Below, piece after piece: positions 56,601 to 64,000 of a stretch of DNA of 64,000 nucleotides. Origin of the DNA: Octopus vulgaris. Its lineage: Eukaryota. The translations under genes were made by a program, and so were the position numbers. The notes below the pieces were generated by a model, which had not been told where the DNA came from, made no database searches, and saw nothing but the letters and a program-made list of their open reading frames with translations. Location of the stretch: NCBI GenBank assembly GCA_951406725.2, contig OX597821.1, forward strand, positions 17,298,001 through 17,362,000. The letters run 5' to 3'. Every line of letters begins with the position of its first letter. Within the stretch, counting starts at the first letter, position 1.

Positions 56601-57248
56601 AAGAATGTCGTCAATATGTTCCCTTACACTTGGTGAAAATTAATTACGAAAATGGTTTTGCACTAAATGAAGAAATTAAATTTCTCACCAGAAACATTTA
56701 AGTGATGCTAATTATCCGGGGATTTGCAGCGTCGCAACTTGGCCAAGTGATTTGTCTTACGCTCATTTTTTATTTATGCCAGTAGATATATCGGTTGTAG
56801 TTCTTACGGCTTTGCACTTTTATGAATATCATTTCTTGACCTAAATTATTTGTGTAAGGTGAACAATCGGCCATACTGACGCTAATAATTGTTCTTGTAC
56901 TAGTATATTCTCATGAAAGTTGAATCTAAGTAGGTTTTTAAACATTTTTAGAATGCCCAAATAAATCGCTATATACCTGTAAAGGTCGGTTCAAATGCTT
57001 CACTTTCGACGTGATAATGATAGGCGCAGGAGTGGCTGCCATAGGTGCAGGAGTGGCTGTGTGGTAAGTAACTTGTTTACCAACCACATGTTTTGGGGTT
57101 CAGTCCCACTGCGTGGTACCTTGTATACATTTGTGTGTCTGTGTTTTTGGCCCCCACCATTGCTTCACAACCGATGTTGGTGTGTCTACGTTCCGGTAAC
57201 TTAGCGGTTCGGCCCAAGTGACCGATATATATATATATATATATATAT

Positions 57249-57426
57249 TGTCAATAAAAAAGGGTAAAATTAATTAATTATTAATCAATTTGAGCGAGCA
57301 GTGTTCGGTATGTAAAACGATCATTTACGGTATATTTGAAATATTACTTTATAAAAATAGGGTTAAGTAAAATAATTTTCTTATGTGGTAAAGTAAATTA
57401 TTTTACTTTACCCTATTTTTATAAAG

Positions 57427-57432
<6 letters not shown>
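57249..57432. mobile_element. Diverged relative of the 552-bp family with its own terminal fold-back, in (TA)n
   Basis: GGGTAAAATTAATTAATTATTAATCAATTT and AAAATAGGGTTAAGTAAAATAATTT resemble 46125-46240; ~57342-57379 pairs with ~57395-57432. Confidence 0.65.
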
Positions 57433-57461
<29 letters not shown>

Positions 57462-57465
<4 letters not shown>

Positions 57466-57730
57466 CGCAGGAGTGGGTGTGTGGTAAGTAACTTGCTTAT
57501 TAACTACATGGTTATGTTTCTGTATCTGTGTGTGTGTTTGTCCCCCCAACATCGCTTCACAACCGATACTGGTGTATTTACGTCCCTGTCACTTAGCGGT
57601 TCGGCGAGAGAGACCGATAGAATAAGTACTAGGCTTACAAAGAATAAGTTCTGGGGCCGATTTGTTCGACTAAAGGCGGTGCTCCAACATGGCCGCAGTC
57701 AAATGGCTGAAACAAATAAAGGAGTAAAAG
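57462..57730 (+). mobile_element. SINE family A, internally deleted variant
   Basis: Inverted counterpart of 52640-52889. Confidence 0.85.
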
Positions 57731-58516
57731 CGAATAGTTTTGTTTTTTTTTATTTATTTGGAATATGCAGAAAAGATATATTGTGTTTCACATTGATTTT
57801 TGCCGTGCATCTCACATCTTTTTTTTTTTTTAATTTCAAAGTCAATGTAAATGAACATCAGTTTTTTTCTGCTGCCAAAAAAAAAATTCGCAAAATTAGT
57901 AATTGATATTTATAGGTAAAAAATAAAAATGTTTTGTATCATGCCATATACGTCATACGCTTTGGGTCCTCTTCAAAAACTTTGCCATAAAAAAGCAGGC
58001 ATGACTGTATGATAAGAGACTTGCTTCCCAACCACATTGTTTGGGGTTCAGTCCCTATGCATGACACCTTCGACAAGTGTATTCTACTATGACTCCAGAC
58101 CGACTGAAGCCTTGTGAGCCTGTCCTATAAATATATGTGTGTGTGGTCTTGTGCCTGTATTTGAACCCTACACCGCTAGACAACCAGTGTTGATTTGCTT
58201 ATGTGCCAATAACTTAGCGGTACTGTATAAAAGTGAGATAGAAAAAGTACCATGGCTGCAGTTCAATGACTGAAACAAGTAATAGATAGAATTTAAAAGA
58301 TACATTGCAGATAAATAAAAAAAAAGATTTGTGTTTAACAGTCACCTTGGTGGTCAAACTTCAGTGTAAAAAGTGAATCAATACAATTCTTATAAATGGT
58401 TAGGATTTACAACTTAGTTGTTTCATAATTCCTCTCCCTCACTATCAAGCTTTTATTTTTCTCACTATCGCATGTGTTTTCTGATCACGCGTATGTTGTA
58501 GTCTGTGATATTCGTC

Positions 58517-59530
58517 ATGGACAGTAAGTTGGAACAAAGAGGCAACGTAAAGTTTTGCGTTCAGCTTGGGGAGTCATCACCAGTGACGAGAGTTGGGTTT
58601 ACGGGTACAGCCTTGAGATGAAGCAGCAGTCGTCACAATGGAAGAGCTCTTCATCTCCACGATTGAAGAAGGCACGACAGAACCCCAGCACAACCAAGAG
58701 CATGCTCATTGATTTTTCCACACCCACAGTTTCTTCCAGTTTTATACTATTTGGAATATGATGAAAATATGTTGTGAAAATGTCACAACTATTTTTGTCA
58801 TGCATCTCACAATTGTTTCCTTTTTTTTTAAATTTCAAAGTCAATGTAAATGAACATTAGTTTTCTTCTGCTGCCAAAAACGAAATTCGTAAAATTAGTA
58901 ATTATAATTATAGGTAAAAGAAACAAAATGTTTTGTACCATGCCATATACGGACTCTTTGGGTCCTTTTCAAAAACTTCACCATACAAAAGCAGGCATGA
59001 CTGTGCGACAAGAGACTTGCTTCCCAACCACATTGTTTGGGGTTCAGTCCCTATGCATCGAGAATTTGTCCCCAAGAGCCATACTGTTAATTGAGAATTT
59101 TACTGCGAAGTTTTGAAGCGTTTTAGGGAGGACGTTCGGCGAAAGCGACCGCATATGCGGAGCGCAAAGAAATGGATTCTTCACAACAATGTACCATGAC
59201 ACCGAGCTCTCCTCTCTTGGGAATTTCTCGCTTAAAAACAACATTGCATCGTTTCCACGCCTGCCCTATTCGACAGACTTAGCACCTACGGACTTCGATC
59301 TCTTCCCCAAAATGAAATGCTGCTCAAATGTTGTCGTTTTAACACCGTTGTCGAGATCAAGAGCGAATCGCAGCAAGTCCTCGACTCGCTTAGAGAAAAT
59401 GACTTCAAAGCCAGATTCCAAAAGTGACAGGAATGCTGGAATCGGTGTATTGCTACGCAAGGTGGCGATTTCGCAGATGTTAAAATTTAGATAAAAATCT
59501 AGTCCGGGAACTTTTTGATACCAACTCGTA
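58517..59530 (+). mobile_element. Degraded mariner (Tc1/mariner) transposon with internal deletion and a foreign insert
   Basis: MDSKLEQRGNVKFCVQLG (HTH start), ITSDESWVYGYSLEMKQQSSQW, HREFVP...EFYCEVLKR, PYSTDLAPTDFDLFPKMK (YSPDLAP motif). Right TIR ...CTTTTTGATACCAACTCGTA. Confidence 0.85.
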
Positions 59531-60090
59531 CATCACACAAAAATGAATCTGATTTATCCTATCGTCCCAGGAAAGTAAAAAAAAAAATTAAAACTGGCGG
59601 AACTTGAACCTAAAATATATAGAGCCGGAGAAAAATTATTAAGTGAAGCAAACGGTATTGTACGACAGGCTTGAGATAAGGGAAATCGAAACTTAATTTG
59701 TTACAAAAAACTTTGCGTTGCAAATAATTAACTCTCTGCCTGTCCTATGTGTCACATGTGATACGCAGGACATATTTGCTTGGCGTCTATGTAGCCTGTA
59801 TGATACACATACCCAATGAGACACACATGGAGACACACATCCATACATGACAGACGCATGCACACAGTCACACAAACCCATACATATAGACACACCCTCA
59901 CACACATACAAACACACAAACACATGAATATGCAGAACACATACATACGTACGTACACACGCATATGTACATATATGCATACACATACAATATGCACACA
60001 TGCACGCTGGCGCACACAGACAAAAAAGAACGCAGCTCCGATAAATGACAGGATCAACATCCATTGACAAGGTTGCAAAGCCAATGGAAA

Positions 60091-60779
60091 TATTTATATA
60101 TAAAAGTGAAGTTGTGTGAGCCTCCGTCTCCTACGATTTAGATTCCTAACTACTCCCACATTTTGCGGTGCAGTTTAACCAAAAGCGGGTATCTTATAGT
60201 CGTGATTCATGTCGAGCCCTTCTGGGTATTAGCGCGCGTCTACGATGAGTCTACGATTTTAATAAAAATTTACCATCAATTTTTCCTATTTTTAATGGAT
60301 TTTTGGAAGTAATTCTCTAAAAATTTATTATTAAATCTCAGAACGTAAAAAGCTACAGTAACACCACCCCCTTTGTGGTTAGCCATATTGAGATGGCTAT
60401 TATACTTTACATCTCTAAAAATGTTTATATTGTTATTTCCCTTACAAACCCGAGCATCGCCGGGCGATACTGCTAGTCTTTATATATAAAAGTGAAGTTG
60501 TGTGAGTGCCTGTCTCCTACGATTTAGATTCCTAACTACTCCCACATTTTGCGGAGCTGTCTAACCAAAAGCGGATATCTTATAGTCGTGATTCATGTCG
60601 AGCCCTTGTGGGTATTAGCGCGCGTCTACGATGAGTCTACGATTTAAAAAAAAAATTACCATAATTTTTTCTCATTTTTAATGCATTTTTTTGCTATTAT
60701 ATAAGGGAAGTAACTCTCTAAAAATGCTTATATAGTTATTTCCCTTACAAACCCGAGCAACGCCGAGCGGTACTGCTAG
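60091..60779 (+). mobile_element. Two head-to-tail non-autonomous Helitrons (60091-60476, 60477-60779)
   Basis: Each ends with a CCCG..GC..CGCCG.G hairpin and CTAG; junction is CTAG|TC. Confidence 0.9.
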
Positions 60780-61463
60780 TTTTGGAATAAAAACATGAAT
60801 ATCAAATGCGTGGAAGTCGAGCCAGTGAGTGTGTTAGACAATAAGGTATTAAGACAGTATGAAACTTCTCAGACACAACAAAATTTGGTTCAACACACAA
60901 ATTCCTACAAAGAATCCTGCTAACAAGACACAAATCCGAAGTAAAAAAAATTCTCTCCATATTTATGCAATTTCGTTCAAAGCATAAACAATTTCCATGA
61001 GTGTATCTATTAGCTGTCTAATTAAATAAATAAATAAACAGGCACCACTGTGTGGTTAAGAAGTTCACTTTGCAGCCACATGGTTTCGGTTTCAGTTCCA
61101 GTGCACGCCAGCTTTAGCAAGTATCTTCTAATTAAGCCCCGGGTCGACCAATGCTCTGTGAGTAAATTTGGTAGAAATGAAAGTGTGTGAAAGCCACACA
61201 TACTCACACATATGTGTGTGTATGTGTGTCTAAGTGTGTGTGTATGTGTGTCATTGTCACTCTCCCCAGCTCTTCACAACTGGCGTTGGTTTGTTCCATA
61301 AATTAGCAGTTCGCCATAAGTGACTAATGGAATGAGTACTAGCATAAAAAATAAGCTTCGAGGTCGATTTGTCCGACTAAAATCCTTCAAGGCGGTGCGC
61401 CAGCATGACCAGAGTCAAATGACGCAAAAAACTGATAATTACATAAATAAATAGACTTGATAA

Positions 61464-61664
61464 CAATTGCAGCGTGGAAGGTGTTTGTAAGCCATTTAAG
61501 AAACACACAAAAGCCGTTCGATTCACTTCAACATTTAAGTTTAATTTGTCAAAATATTTTCGTCGCTAAAATCCGCGACCTGTTCACTGACAAAAATCCG
61601 TGCTGCATCTCGGAGATGCACACGATCTCAGATCAAATCACTTGCTATGCGAGTACATCTCCGT
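61464..61664 (-). mobile_element. ~200-bp hammerhead-bearing insertion with a 14-bp TSD-like direct repeat
   Basis: AATAGACTTGATAA at 61450-61463 and 61665-61678; short internal fold-back GTGCTGCATCTCGGAGATGCACAC. Confidence 0.7.
61545..61594 (-). ncRNA. Minimal type I hammerhead motif with G3-C8 swapped core
   Basis: TTTGTCA-GTGAACA-G-GTCGC(ggatttta)GCGAC-GAAA-ATAT-TT-TGACAAA. Perfect 7-bp stem I, 5-bp stem II, palindrome AAATATTT. Confidence 0.75.
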
Positions 61665-62310
61665 AATAGACTTGATAAATATATAAAGAAATATGACAAT
61701 CCCTTATTGCTCCATAACAGTAATATGCAGCAGTTGAGAGGTAACAGTTAGCTTTTACATCAGTGTGATTACTGTGGTTAGGGTAGCGGGCTCGCGGTTG
61801 GAGGATCGCGGTTTCGATTCCCAGACCGGGTGTTGTGTGTGTTTATTACGCGAAAACACCTAAAAGCTCCACGAGGCTCCGGCAGGGGTGGTAGCGACCC
61901 CTGTTGTACTCTTTCGCCACAACTTTTTCTCACTCTCTCTTCCTGTTTCTTGAGTAACGCTGCGATGGACTGGCATCCCGTCCAGCTGGGGGGAACACAT
62001 ATGCCACAGAAACCGGGAAACAGGGCCAATGAGCCTGGCTAGGCTTGAAAAGGGCGAGTAAAAAAAAAGATTACTGTCTTTGAAAGTCATTGGAATAGAT
62101 ATTGTGCTTCCTCGACAGATTGGAAAGGTATTATTCACCTCAGATTGTATCATGGATAAATCAACAAGTTTATTGTTTTTCACATCAGACAAACAGCTAG
62201 AAAAATAAGTCGAAGGAAATGAATATTTATGTATCGGTGGATATGTATAAGTTTATATGTATGTATATGCATACCAAACATATATATATATACACACACA
62301 AACATGCATG

Positions 62311-62343
<33 letters not shown>

Positions 62344-62440
62344 AGCTATGTATGTATGCATCTATATGAATATGCAGGCACACATTCAAGCATTTAAATA
62401 AATATATGAAATATGAAATATATAAATAAATATATTGAAA

Positions 62441-62670
62441 GGCGGTGAGCTGGCAGAAACGTTAGCACGCCGGGCGAAATGCGTAGCAGTATTTCGTCTG
62501 CCGCTACGTTCTGAGTTCAAATTCCGCCGAGGTCGACTTTGCCTTTCATCCTTTCGGGGTCGATAAATTAAGTACCAGTTACGCACTGGGGTCGATGTAA
62601 TCGACTTAACCCGTTTGTCTGTCCTTGTTTGTCCCCTCTGTGTTTAGCCCCTTGTGGGTAGTAAAGAAAT
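62441..62670 (+). mobile_element. SINE family B, full length
   Basis: GGCGGTGAGCTGGCAGAA A box, GAGTTCAAATTCC B box, conserved core and 3' end. Confidence 0.9.
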
Positions 62671-63826
62671 ATATAAATAAATATATGTGCATACTAAAGT
62701 GTATGTATGTATGTGTGTGTGTGGTGTGGGAACAAAACCATATATGTATGCATGTATATCTGTTTCGAGCAGAGCAGTCAATTGCATCACTTAAGTTAAT
62801 TAAACGAAACCGTTTCTCTTCACCTGTCTAGATTGATCATTGCGTATCCCAGTAAAAATCGGATTACAACGTTCGCCACTAAGAAAATTATTTTGTTTTC
62901 TATGTATTAAAAGCAGCAAATACACAGCATATATTAAAGAATGAATGAAGTACTTGGCGATATTAATACTGACTTTTCAAATCTTTTTAGTATGGTTGTG
63001 TCTCAGGGAAATTAAATAAACGCAATGATGAAAAACGCAAGATATTTTATTTTATTTTTCAAAAAAATGTATTCTCACATTAATTAACTTTGCAATTGTC
63101 CAACTATCTTTGTCTAGTAAACCGCCAATTGTAATTTAAAGCAACATATGGATTTCCGTCTGAAATTTCAAGGATTTCCTATTAGAATTTGTATAACTCT
63201 ATAGGGTGCATGTATGGACGTGTGTTTAAGATCTTCGCTATTACGTCATTTCGCGTTTAGATCAGATTCATGACCGTTTGAGGAAGTGTTTTCTGCTAAT
63301 CCTGGTCAACAAACAGTTTGAGTTTTCACTATAGCTATGGGATTATTTTCATTGCGATTCTGCTTCCGAAGGAAGGTGGTTTTCGTTGTACACCCTGCAT
63401 GATAGAAAACAAAACCTGTCAAAATACTCAGTAGAGTTACGGTCATCCAACAACTGGGAGTGACAGAACCTTGGTCTTTACTGAGACATCTCTCTAGGAG
63501 AGAAAATTTTTAAGTAACGCCCGCTTAGTTGTGATACTGGAGATCTTGCTGTTGCTTGTTACTAGCCTAGTTGTATTTGTAGTTGCAGCCGTTCTCATTA
63601 ATATCTAGGATAAGATGATTTGTCAGCGATGGCCATACTCTTTAACATGTTCATTCGTGCAAACCTGTAGATGTCCATCACTCCTTAGTTGGAATTCTTG
63701 GAGCTTTAAGAGACTATTCTCCACCACTCCAAATCTCAGCCTCCGGCAAATATACAAGTATATACGCTTAGTATATGTGGTTAATAATGTTTCTTATGGT
63801 AGTGGTGCTTCTATTTCATATGTTTG

Positions 63827-63914
<88 letters not shown>

Positions 63915-63916
<2 letters not shown>

Positions 63917-64000
63917 GAGGCGCAATGGCCCAGTGGTTAGGGCAGCGGACTCGCGGTCGTAGGATCGCGGTTTCGATTCCCAGACCGAGCTTTGTGTGTG
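63915..64000 (+). mobile_element. SINE family C head (cut by the window end)
   Basis: TGGCCCAGTGGTTAGGGC...GGTTTCGATTCCC; matches 61775-61830. Confidence 0.75.

Noticed and set aside
63915-63990. tRNA gene
   Set aside because: A/B boxes continue into SINE body sequence shared with 61775-62060; it is a SINE head.

Overview
Eukaryotic, AT-rich, repeat-dense DNA. The SINE and microsatellite content resembles an octopus or other cephalopod genome, which is an inference. No host protein-coding gene can be supported, and almost all listed ORFs are microsatellite artefacts. Mobile elements: a 5'-truncated, frameshifted CR1/L2-group LINE (5.8-9.0 kb); five R4/Dong-like REL-endonuclease LINE fragments in (TAA)n or (TACA)n tracts; an ORF1-only Tx1/L1-like element; a broken mariner; four hAT-type non-autonomous elements with 8-bp TSDs; three non-autonomous Helitrons; and many tRNA-derived SINEs. 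Two things stand out. (1) At least five unrelated non-coding element families carry minimal type I hammerhead ribozyme motifs with palindromic stem/loop III. They include G3-C8 and U3-A8 compensatory core variants, and most lie in fold-back or tandem Penelope-like/retrozyme-like structures in (TA)n. (2) A 12.4-kb array of a 39-bp unit (about 318 copies) has nested 18-mer and 62-mer higher-order repeats and a stop-free reading frame. It arose at the junction of an old ~350-bp tandem duplication whose other copy keeps a single unexpanded part-unit.
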